A stretch of DNA of 64,000 nt, from positions 7,812,001 through 7,876,000 of the forward strand of contig CP075496.1 of the NCBI GenBank assembly GCA_021613535.1, written 5' to 3'. Origin of the DNA: Adineta vaga (lineage: Eukaryota; Animalia; Rotifera). Under the pieces are notes generated by a model. The model was not told where the DNA came from. It made no database searches and saw nothing but the letters and a program-made list of their open reading frames with translations. Below are positions 14,068 through 25,503 of the stretch, one piece after another. The translations under genes and the position numbers were made by a program. How positions within the stretch are numbered: position 1 is the stretch's first letter; every line of letters starts with the position of its first letter.

Positions 14068-17000
14068 ATGTGGACGAACGGATATATAAATGACGATAAA
14101 ATATCAATGAATATTTTTATCCTTAGTTTATTTCTTTTAATTAATTTAACAAATGGAATCGAGGAAAATACATTGTCGACGACGACGACGACAGAGATTC
14201 CTACATCCACACTATTCAATAATTCATTACCGATAGAAAAACTTTTAAATCAACAATTCGATAATCGTCAAATGGTATCCAATCGAACGAATCCGTTTCG
14301 TCCATGGAAAAAATCAAATTCAATTGAAATATTAAAGAAAATGATTGCCAGTCGACAACGTTTAGCAAACAATACTCGAACATCAACAACTAGTACAACA
14401 AGTACGTTATATGTTTTTTTCTACATGTTAATCTCTTAAAATACAAAAGTTAAGCGTCTACTCAATATAATCCTTGCGTAAACATCAACATCAAATCTTT
14501 ATTAAGACAATGGCATCTTTCAGATTCGATAAACTTTATTTTTTGTCATCTCACATAAAAAACTTCACAAATTTGTATATGTCAAGACATATTAAGTTCA
14601 GTAATCTCAAGTGTACGGCAAAAACATAGTTGTTTATATACCAGATATTAGTAAATCTTTACATATCGTATATTTGTCGTGTTGATAGATTGTATCATTA
14701 TATGTCAATCATGCATTGTAACTTATGCCCAGTTCTCATGCGATAATCTACTGTTCATTTAACAGACCTAGAAGATTGCATGAAGATATGCTTATTTAGA
14801 CTGCACTTTTCTTCGTAGAACGTCTGATTTATAACATTAATTATCTCTAGTTATTTGTCTGCATCATAGCGTCTGATAACATCACAATGATCATTCTGAC
14901 ATTTGTACAGATTGCTTAAGATAAACGGTACTTCTATGATCTTTGATTTGTTATTGATTCTATGACTTGAAAGGGTAAATACATTAATAACATCTTCAAT
15001 GCACTAAGATTTGTTTATTGACACGGAAGTTCAATTGATCTATATCGTAGCATACATAGAGGTATACAAGCTAATAATTTTCTTTAATATTTACTGATTT
15101 AAAATCTATCACTCTCATCTTTCTTTAAGAAGGATCTCTATTTAAGTATACAATTGTAATTGAAGATGCGATCTGAGAAGCATTGAAATAACTAACTAAT
15201 TAACTAACTATGTAAAATTTGTTTTAGTTGTGACGAGCGCAGAACCAATAACAACAGCAACAACATCTATTACAACACCAACATTAATGACGATGACAAC
15301 AATGATGATATCGACGATAACGACAACATTTTCATCATCTAATTCCTCAATTCTTGTACGATTAAAATCGAAAATTGATTCAACTGAATCATCAACTACC
15401 GATTCGATTACAGAAGAAGAAACAACTGCTGATATTGTTTCTAATCCATCAACAACAGAAATAGATTTCTTATTATATTCAACTTCAACATTAAAAACAA
15501 ATACATCATCCAATGCGACATTACTTGCGATTATTCTTGTTTGCAGTTTTAGTGGTTTCCTTTTCTTAACATTACTTCTAACATTCCTACTCAGGTACTA
15601 AAATAAACTTTGTCGAATTAGTTTTCTCTTCATGTTTTTGATTTTCATCTAGACGACGTATAAGTATTGCTTATTTTAAATTACCCTGTATACATTCGTC
15701 ATCGGCAACAAAAGAATCACGTGACAGTACACCATTATCCCATTCACCGATTCATGGTAAGCAAAAGCGGAGGATTACTTTCTGTCTGTAGTGGATTAAG
15801 ACGGCGACGTGTAAAAGTTTTTATTTAACTTGAAAAAAACAACAACGCTAGATAGTTAGTTAGATAGGACTTAAGAGGAATAATAAACCAAATGGGTCAT
15901 CAACAATCATTTTTAGCTGACTTATCTCATTCAGCTAATGTATCTTTTAATGGTTCGAATCGAACTCGACGACAAAGATTATATTCAATTCCGACAAGAA
16001 GACATTATTCACTATCAAATGTTAGACATCAACAACGTTTTAATGATAATCTATCAACAACGTCAACTAATCTTTCTACAGTTTCACTATCGACAAATAA
16101 TTGTCATAGTAGGTTTTTTCTATTCAAGTAGTTGTATATATTTCTCTAGTTGACCTCTTTTTCTTGACAATATGCATGTTCAACAATAATTATTTTTACA
16201 TTACTAATTTTGAACGATTAGAAATTTTGTAATTCTTGTTTTATTTTCTTTTATAGGTAAATTTGTTGTACCACAAGAGTTTCCAGTAGAACAATTATAT
16301 GATATTTATATGCAGAAACATGCATTAGATGATCTGGCATTTGCTATTGAATTTAAAGTAAGTGAAAATCAAGTCCTTATGAAGTTTTTTGATAAAATGA
16401 GACACAGATATGAATGATGCATTTGTTTTAGAGTATTCCAAATTTTGAAGAATTGCCTTGCACAGCTGCAACTCGAGCAATTGTCGCATCAAAAAATCGC
16501 TTTCTTAATATTTTACCTATCGATGCCACAAGAGTTATTCTCAATCTATTAAATGATGATCCAGCTACGGATTATATCAATGGCAATTATATTTCTGTAT
16601 GCGAATAAGATTTAATTCTATAAATTATTTGAATAAAATTTCTTTTAATTATTTGTAGGGTTATAAATGTGCAAATAAATTTATAGCAACTCAAGGTAGG
16701 TTGCACATATATATTAGAGACGAAGAGGATAAAATGAAGAATATATTCCGATATTTAAAGGTCCGAAACCAGATACATGTGAAGATTTATGGCGTATGAT
16801 GTGGGAACTGAAACTAAAATCTATTGTTATGTTAACAAATGTCATTGAAGGAGCATCAAGAATGGTAAATCTGTTTGAATTTATGAAAATGATTTAGAGA
16901 AGTTTGTTCTGTATATAGACTAAGTGTCATCAATATTGGCCTGAACTTGGTCAAACAATAACCTATGGATCATATCGTATTACATGTTTTGATATCATAT

Positions 17001-19100
17001 CAGTCGGTGATTATGATAAACGTTATTTTCAATTAATGAAAGTAAATTGAACACATCTGGAAAAGAAATTCAAGGAAAACTAAGATCTTCTTTTTTTTTT
17101 CTTTCCTTATACAGATAAATACATATGATGAAACAGCAATGACTTCATCTTCGATTGCTCCAATTGATGATGCTGTATCTATATCAACATTAAGTTCAAC
17201 AAATGATGATCAACAATCACGTCTTATTATTCAATATCATTTTACACAATGGAAAGACATGGATGTTCCAAATGATTCTCATTCATTACTTCATCTAATA
17301 CATGAAGTTAATGAACAAACACCTCCAGAACAATATCCAATTGTTGTTCATTGCACGTAAGTGAAGAAATACTATTTATCTTCCGAAATGATCGTCTGTT
17401 TTGTATGTATGTAGTGCTGGTGTCGGTCGTACAGGTACTTATATTGCCATTGATGCTATGATTGATAAAATTGAACAAGAAGGAAAAATCGATATCTATG
17501 ATTTTGTATTACAAATGCGTCGCGAACGTAGTTTAATGGTACAAACAGTGGTATGTAATCTATGAATATATTTACAATAAAAAAGAAAGTGATCTGAATT
17601 TTCTTTTAAATAGAGACAATATGTATTTATTTATCGATCATTACTTGAATATTATCTATATGGAAATACACGAATAGAAGCAAATATATTTCGATCGACA
17701 TATTCTAATTTAAAGAAGAATAAACAAAATTTACTAATTTCTGAATATAAAGTAAGTGAACGATTAGGCATCGATGAATTGTTGGATTTTTCTTTCTAGA
17801 AATTATCTTTGTTATCTGTGGAAAATATTTCACAACGTGATGCACATTCACCAGATAATATTGATAAAAATCGACATCCTCAAATAGTACCTTGTAAGAT
17901 TTTATCATTCATTGTTTTCTTTCTTAAATCTACTCACTTTCATACATCAATATGTTTTATCTCGTATAGATGATCGTAATCGTGTATGTTTAAGTCGAAT
18001 ACTTGGACATCCATATATCAATGCATCATTTGTTGAAGTAAAATATTTTGCTTATTCTAAATTCAATATAATGTTCTCATATAAATTAGGGTTATACGCG
18101 TGAATGTTCCTTTATTATCACACAAGATCCATTATTAGAAACAAGTCATGAATTTTGGCGAATGTTTATCGAACATGATTCTAATTGTATTGTACAATTA
18201 CATACAATTAGTGAGGTAAACTTCTTTGAAATATTTGTTTTTTTGTTGTTAGTGAATATAGAATTCATCTTTGTTTTTTTTATAGTCATCACCAAAATGT
18301 CCGATTTATTATCCAAATGATTTCGATACGACAATGAAAATCGGTTCGACGACATTATTAAAATTAGTCAATAAAGAATTAATTCAAGAAAAATTCATCA
18401 TTAGGGAATTTTGTTTAACAGATACACGTGAAGCAATGTCAAAAACAATTTGTCATTTTGAATATCTTCTTCCAATAAGTACAAATGATGAGTACGAAAA
18501 TGGACAATGTATTCCAACAATTCTATCAAATAGTCTATTTGATTTTATTGGCCATATTAATAAACGACAACATACAACTAATCATGATCGATTTATTACC
18601 GTTCATTGCGGGTAGGTTAATCTTTTAGAATCGATATAAGACTATTTGAAAATAACAGATAACTCTAGTAAAATTATCAATGGATGATTGTAGGTGCACT
18701 TCATGCAATCATAATGTTTAAACATAAACTAAAATGATCATTCGGTTTCGTTTTTTTTTTAGAAATGGTGGTTCAGCTTGTTCATTATTTTGTATGTGTG
18801 TTATCTTATTGGATCAACTTAAAAATGAACATGCTGTCGATATATTTCAAAGAGTACGTGCATTACAACGACAACGTGTGTCTATGATAACATCTCTCGT
18901 ATGTAACATAACTTATGGTATTATTCATTTGATGTTAAATCTTTTTCTAGGCTCAATATGAATATCTTTATGAAATGATTTTGAAATTTTTGGAAGAATC
19001 ATTTGATTTAGCTGCTGCTAAATCTTCTCCGTCATTAAACAACAGTGTATATGATAACCATATGATTGATTCAGAAGATACTACTCATGATCGTCTTTAA
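14068..19100 (+). CDS. Receptor-type protein tyrosine phosphatase with mucin-like S/T-rich ectodomain, one TM and tandem PTP domains (PTPRA/E-like architecture)
   Basis: Signal peptide [17 protein letters not shown] (alternative ATG at 14107), T/S-rich exons, [27 protein letters not shown]1 motifs: [49 protein letters not shown]2 motifs: YINASFV, HCGNGGSAC. TAA ends at 19100. Confidence 0.92.
15892..16108 (+). other. Putative alternative first coding exon of the PTP gene (MGHQQS..., N-myristoylation-type start)
   Basis: Open frame inside the 15757-16256 intron, with an in-frame TAG upstream at 15865-15867. The phase-1 donor GTAGGT at 16109 is compatible with the phase-1 acceptor at 16256/16257. 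Confidence 0.6.
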
Positions 19101-19408
19101 AATCTCTCGTTTTTCTTTGTTTCTTCTACGAGCCTTTTTTCTAGTCTTTGTGAAATGTTTTGTTTTGTTTTCTTATTCTGTTTATCAGATAGTCTTGCTT
19201 GATCTCGTTGTCTTATAAATCTCCTCTCTATTTGTATATTCGACTATCTGTTTTTCAAAAATTTATATATCGAAACATATAAACCAAATCTTTATTCTTG
19301 TTTTTCTTCTCAAAAAAAATCTCATGTTTACAAAAAAAAGGAAAAGAATCATATACGAATGTTTAATAAAAAATTTCAACAGATCAATGTTATCTTTGTT
19401 TGTTTTTC

Positions 19409-21026
19409 TTAGAGAGATTTGGGTTGAGCAGACAGAAATCGTTCAAGTAAATCAAGCATAGCTCGCGGTTGATCATATGGCACCATATGACCAGCATTTC
19501 GAATAGTTGCAAGAAAAAATCGATTATTATTAGCTGTTTTTATATAACCCGCTATTTCAGGATCATTTTCAGCAACTTTCCAGACTTTTCGTGGTGCTTG
19601 ACGAAGTTCATCAGCACCATTCCAGTTCAATTGGTTGACCCATTCCATTGTTAATGGTACAGCTATGATAATATCTAATTGACCATTATATATCATCACA
19701 CTATAGTTTGCATTAGCGATAGCTGCGATCTTCCAAGCCATACTTTGCATCTAGAAAAGCGTAATATGATACAAATTGGAATTAATAATCTTTTCGAAAG
19801 TTTTACCATATCATTGAGTAACATCTTTTCGACAATATCACTTTGACTACCATAAGAAAGATTGCCTACATGAATTTGTTTTCGTCGTTCCGAATGTGTA
19901 ATAAATGAAACAAAATAGCCTTGATCTTCAGGAGCTTCAGTTAATAAATAATTAAAATAATTTTTAATGCCTGTTACATTATAGAAATAGGATGTTGTAT
20001 TAAGAAGATCACCATTGAGAAGAGCATCGAATAAATGAAAAGCATCTGTATAACGTTCTTGTTCAATAGCATAACGCATCAATGCTGTTTGTAAATCAAC
20101 ATAGGCTTTTTGAGTTTGATCTATAAGACCAATCTAAATATAAATGAGTATAGTGAGGAAATATTTTCGTCTTATCTTTATACCTGATATAGAAAATCTC
20201 CATACATATATTGATTCAATGGATCACATAGTCCATCACCAATAGTCATACCTTTCAGATTAATTTTAACTTTTACTTGTGGATTTTGATTTTCGACATG
20301 AATTTTGTAAGTTATAGAAGGTACATATTTACCAGCATAACTTTCTCCTGTAACATAAAATGGATTCGAAGCGTAATCTGTATAAATTTGAAAGAATTGT
20401 GTTAATGCTGAATATAAATCACGTGCCACATCTTCTTGTGAACGTGCATAACCTTGTTCATTTCCTGTAAAACTAAAACCAGTTCCAACAGGATTATCAA
20501 TAAAGATGAGATGATAATTTTTATTCCATGTTATCTCACGTAATTGAATATATCCATTTGCATCGATATAAATTGGACCTATCTCAGAAAAAAGCGCAAA
20601 AAGTGATGAAGAACCTGGACCACCTTGTAACCATAACAGAACTGGTGTATCTGGTTTATTTCCATTTTGTGCAGGAAAAAACCAAAAGAACATATTGGAA
20701 TTAAATTCCTTATTAACAGTTAAATATCCCGAAAATGATTGTTGTTTCAATGGTAATAGATTAACTAAACTACAAATGAAAATTTCAATGTAGAAAATCG
20801 TGAGATTAATATCGATTTGAAAAAAAAAAACAAACCTTAAATTCCTTGCTTCAGCAAGTTTTTCTTGTTCAATATAAGGTGTAAGAAAAAGTGGTTCACC
20901 AGGATCATCATTCACTTCGAGAACGGATGGTTTACCGGTTGGATACAATCGACGAAATGGACCTCGATATCCATGAATACTGCTCAAAGCAGTTAAATAA
21001 ATAAATACAGTTAATAAATTATACAT
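19409..21026 (-). CDS. CPVL: Serine carboxypeptidase S10, vitellogenic-like
   Basis: Signal peptide, GEPLFLTPYI, WLQGGPGSSS, GESYAG (catalytic Ser), YNGQLDII (Asp), AGHMVPYDQP (His). The ORF track reads through an in-frame 66-nt intron at 20770-20835. Confidence 0.93.
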
Positions 21027-21093
21027 TTTTTCCGAAACTCTATAAAAAAAAACAGGAAAATGTTAAGAATGTTATATTTTGTTTTAGATATTA
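21027..21093. promoter_or_regulatory. 67-bp gap between divergent genes containing two back-to-back 3' splice acceptors (candidate trans-splice sites)
   Basis: Minus strand: ttttcctgtttttttttaTAG then 13 nt then ATG of CPVL. Plus strand: tattttgtttTAG then atatta then ATG of PUSL1. Confidence 0.6.
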
Positions 21094-22152
21094 ATGCGTA
21101 TCCTCGTCTATCTATGTTATCGAGGATATAGTATAAAAGGAACATTTTCCGCATTAAATAAACCATTATCTTCAACAAATTTTCTTCAAGATATTCTTGA
21201 AAAGGCTATATTACGATTTTGTCCTGCACGGCGACCAAAAATTCTAGTTTCAACTTATACAGAATGTAATGTACATTCATTATGTAATACTGCTGTAAGT
21301 TATTCTATTTTAAAATATATATTTATCACAAATATCAATTGTTTCTATTCGATAGACTATTGATTTTGATTTACCTGGAAAACAAAAATTAGGTACAGGA
21401 GATTTAAACATTCCATGGTTTAAATTTAATCTTAATCGAATATTAATCGAAACAAATCGAACTATGCGCGTTATTAATGCACGTTTTGTGCATGATGCTT
21501 TCGAGCCTAAACTTGCAGCAACACAACGAACATATCTATATCGATTTATTGTAAGTTATTGAATGAAATTCTTTCTGTTCTCATTATCAATAAATTCATT
21601 TTTTCTGTATTATAGACAAATTCAGCTATCTCAGTTATCGAAGAACCATTGAATACTTATCTAACAATACCTGTTTCTTTGCCTCTACTTCGTTCAGCTA
21701 TATCGCTTGTTCATAATCGTTCGATTGATTATTCATTATTTACTATACCCGAAGCACGTGTTCTGTTGAAAGATGCTCGTCGTATTGTTGGAATAAATTT
21801 GTCTGAGTCAGCAACTTTATTTTCGAAATTAAGATCAAATCCATCCAATGGTTTTTGTCTTCAATTAACCTGTACCAATTTTCTCTATCAAATGGCTCGA
21901 CGATTAACAACAGAACTTATTCGTGTAGCACAAGGACAATTGACACTCAAGGAATTTGAAGAAAAATTACATCCATCCAATCAAAAGCAATTTCTTTTTG
22001 ATGAAGATAAACTTCTTAATATAAATGGTCTTTTCTTACAAAATGTGATCTATGATGAACAAGATTTTGAACGTTATGTTACGTATACAACATTAACAAC
22101 TATGAAAAATAAACTCTATCCGTTAGCACCTGTATTAACAGGAGAAGAATGA
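21094..22152 (+). CDS. PUSL1: TruA-family pseudouridine synthase-like protein, catalytic motif degenerate
   Basis: Exons 21094-21294, 21356-21550 and 21616-22152. STYTECNVHSLCN aligns to xRTDxGVHA; FEPKLAATQRTYLYR aligns to FHAR..A..RTYxY; NFLYQMARRL. Confidence 0.75.
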
Positions 22153-22864
22153 TAGTATGTTTTTGATAAATAAAAAGTGTTCGATATCAATACATCGAAA
22201 TCATTTGTTGTCATACTTAACAAGTATTCATTAACGATATGCATATTCATTTCATCCGTATGAACATGACATTTAACATGAACTAACAAAGAGATTCTAT
22301 CAAAAATATCATTTAGTTGATAAGAAAGATATTGTTCATTGGAAGATATCGAATAATAATAATAATAATAATATAGAAATGTAAAACATCATCTCTATTG
22401 ACTTTCAAATCAATTAAGAAGTAAAATTTCTATTTGAATGAAGAAAACGAAGATTTTTGACAACTTTCGAAAATTAAGTCTAATCAAGATAGAACATCGA
22501 AATCAATCTATTTCAAAGGATGACATCTCTCGCTAAGTGCACAAAATACTCTAAACTAATGAAGTACTATTGCAAATCTATTTGCGTAAGTTGTCCCTGT
22601 ATAATTATCTTGCATTTGTGCTCTTTACTCTCTTTTCTCTCTGTCTCTTATATATCTCCTATGTCCACGAGGATACTATACAAATCAGAAGTCATCCATA
22701 TACTAACGTTCCTCTTCTTCTTCTTTATATTTCTCTTTCTTCCTCTTCTCATCTTCTTCTTTTTACGCATCCAATAAGCGAGAAATAAACCGAAACATTT
22801 TTTCTATATTCATATTACAATTTTTACCTATATATCTCGATCTATTTTATTCAAAAATAAAGTT

Positions 22865-23740
22865 ATGATGCCAATAATTCTTCTCTCTTTCTTACTTATC
22901 AATCAAATTAACGGAAAATTTCTATTAAATTCTGAAAGTTCCTCGATTATTGTTTTACGACATATTCGTCTAACAACTGATGATGAATATTATCGTATTC
23001 GATGTCCATATCATTTAAATCATTTGACTCTGACATTATTAAATTATTCGAATGGAATATGTTTTGATCTATATACGAAATCAATTAATGATGCTTGTAT
23101 AAACTATCGATCTCCTTGTCGATATCATGCAAAACCTATTCAATTGAATTGTAACAATCGACCCTATTCAAAACATGTCGATATTACTTATCAATGTTCA
23201 TCATCACCTTCAAAATTGTTTCGGACATTATTGTCCGACAATGACAAGTAAGTCCAGACACATTGACAAAAGAGATGAAAATATTTTTATTTTCTTCTTT
23301 CTATGTGTTGTAGAAAATCGGTATCTTCAGCGACAAACGATTTACCTTTTCTTCTCACACCTCATCCACCAAAAGCTGTCACTATACATGCTTTAACTTT
23401 TCCATCTATGTCAACACATGTTGAAGAAAGTATCGGAATATTTCTTGTAGGTTTAACAACAGTTTTTCTTCTATGGTTAACTATTTGTTGTATATGGTTT
23501 ATTCGTTGTGGTCATATAAATGAAGAAGATGATGATGATGGAAAATGTGAATTATTATCATTTCAACCTGTACAAAAACCAGATCTCGTTGATTTTACAA
23601 TTCTAAATGAACGAAAACCAATGATTGTTGGCAATCTATCCGGTCATACAAGTACAGGTGGACTTGAAACTGTTTGTCTTCATGTCAATCCAATCGAAAA
23701 TAAACGTATCTCATCATTGAAAATAACACAAATCGATTGA
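22865..23740 (+). CDS. Single-pass membrane protein with a degenerate SUEL/rhamnose-lectin-like Cys domain
   Basis: Signal peptide; IRCP...C...AC....PC...C...SKHVDITYQC spacing resembles the SUEL ending (K.L.V.Y.C); intron 23248-23313; TM IGIFLVGLTTVFLLWLTICCIWFI. Confidence 0.65.
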
Positions 23741-25503
23741 CAATCGATCAATATGCTTGTGTAACACATCGATCTGCACAGTAAGTGCTTACACATGCAT
23801 ATGTATATGTGTGCATGCACACACATGATAATGATCAACACATCATCGATCGTTTTCAATTGTCGACTATGTACTATCACATAATGAATAACTACTTTCA
23901 ACTTGACTTGAGCAATTTTTCATAAAAAAAAAACGAGATGTACAAAAAAAATCTTAATGATCATATTTCAAAATAAAAGTCATGTAATCATTGAATCTTA
24001 TTAAAATATTTTACTTAGCGCTAAAACTTCAAAGCAATGATGATCTTTTAGATGATTCACTTCGATATTATTTTAAGTGCAGAGAACAAGTATAAGATTT
24101 TTTTTTGTCTCGAAAAATATTACGAACGAATAAAGTATTCGATAATTTTAACTATAAGTAGCTTAATTATCTTGAATTTTGATGATTGAGTTTGTATATA
24201 AGCTCGATGGGATTTAGTCATATGATACTAAGAAGCAAAAAAACCGATCTTTTTCAAAAGATATTATATCATCATTAATGACAAGGAGAATGAACTTCTT
24301 GTCTGTTTGATACATAATACTAATGATAAAAAAATAATTGTTGCTATGTATAGTTGAACTTTTTGTTAATCGATAAAGAAAAAAGGAATTTCTGTGTAAT
24401 AACTTAGATCGAAAGTCATTAGAATTAGAATGATTAGTCTAGTATTTAAAAGGATAATGTCTTTACCAACTGTGATTATAATAAACAAAAACGTACCGTC
24501 TATCAATATATGAAAATCATACAATAGTATTTTTGCGTTGATAAATAATCTGAAAAATAAATTGAAAATAAATCTTCTGAAAATTATGAAGAGAAACGTT
24601 TTGTCAAAGGAAAAGCGGTAAATGCTAACGATCAAAGATATTCATATAATCAGTATTTATTCCAAAGAGACCTTCATCAAATAATAAATAATATTTAACG
24701 CCTAATTTTATCTGTTTGAAAACATCAACCAGTTTTAGTTAGTTTATTCCATTAGATCTACTATCGCTTCTTTCTATCGAATCATATGGGATAATTTCAA
24801 AAAGTTGTCATGCTTGGATATACATTGATTTGTATTCTTCATTTAATATCAAACCATAAACCTTCTTCAAAATCTCCGATAATTTTCATCTCATAGAAAC
24901 TCTTTTTCCAAAGTAGTTATACATTTCATTACTAATAAAACAATTCAACTGTGCCTATTCTCATTAATAAATAAATAAATTCTGTTTTTTTTCTTGTCTT
25001 TTAGTTGAAAAATCAACTGAATCTGTTCTGTTTTATCAACATTGAAAAGTATCAAAGGCGAATAAAACAGAAGAGACAAATATGTATAGCAACAAAAAGA
25101 AAACCACAGACAAAGAATAAAGAAAAGAAAAACAAAATATATATATATATATATGTGTATCTATATATTGATTTTTTCCTCAAAAATTTCTTTTTGTTTT
25201 CTTTTCGAAGATAAACGGTTCACCAGAAAGGAACACATGCACAGAAAAAATACACATCCCTGAGCTATCAGTCGAATGGGAAATGTAATATAGAAAAATA
25301 GTAAGAGAAGTTAAAGTTGAAGAAGAACAAGAGAAAGAAAAATGAACAAACCAGGTTAGCCAAGCAATAAACATACACACACGCGCGCGCGTGTGCATAC
25401 ATGCACAACAAGAGTTGTTCCAGTACAATAATATAGAAATATAAGTTAAAGAAATAGAATAACCGAAAAAAAACTCTTTCTGTTTCTTTGAATTTTTTAT
25501 ACA

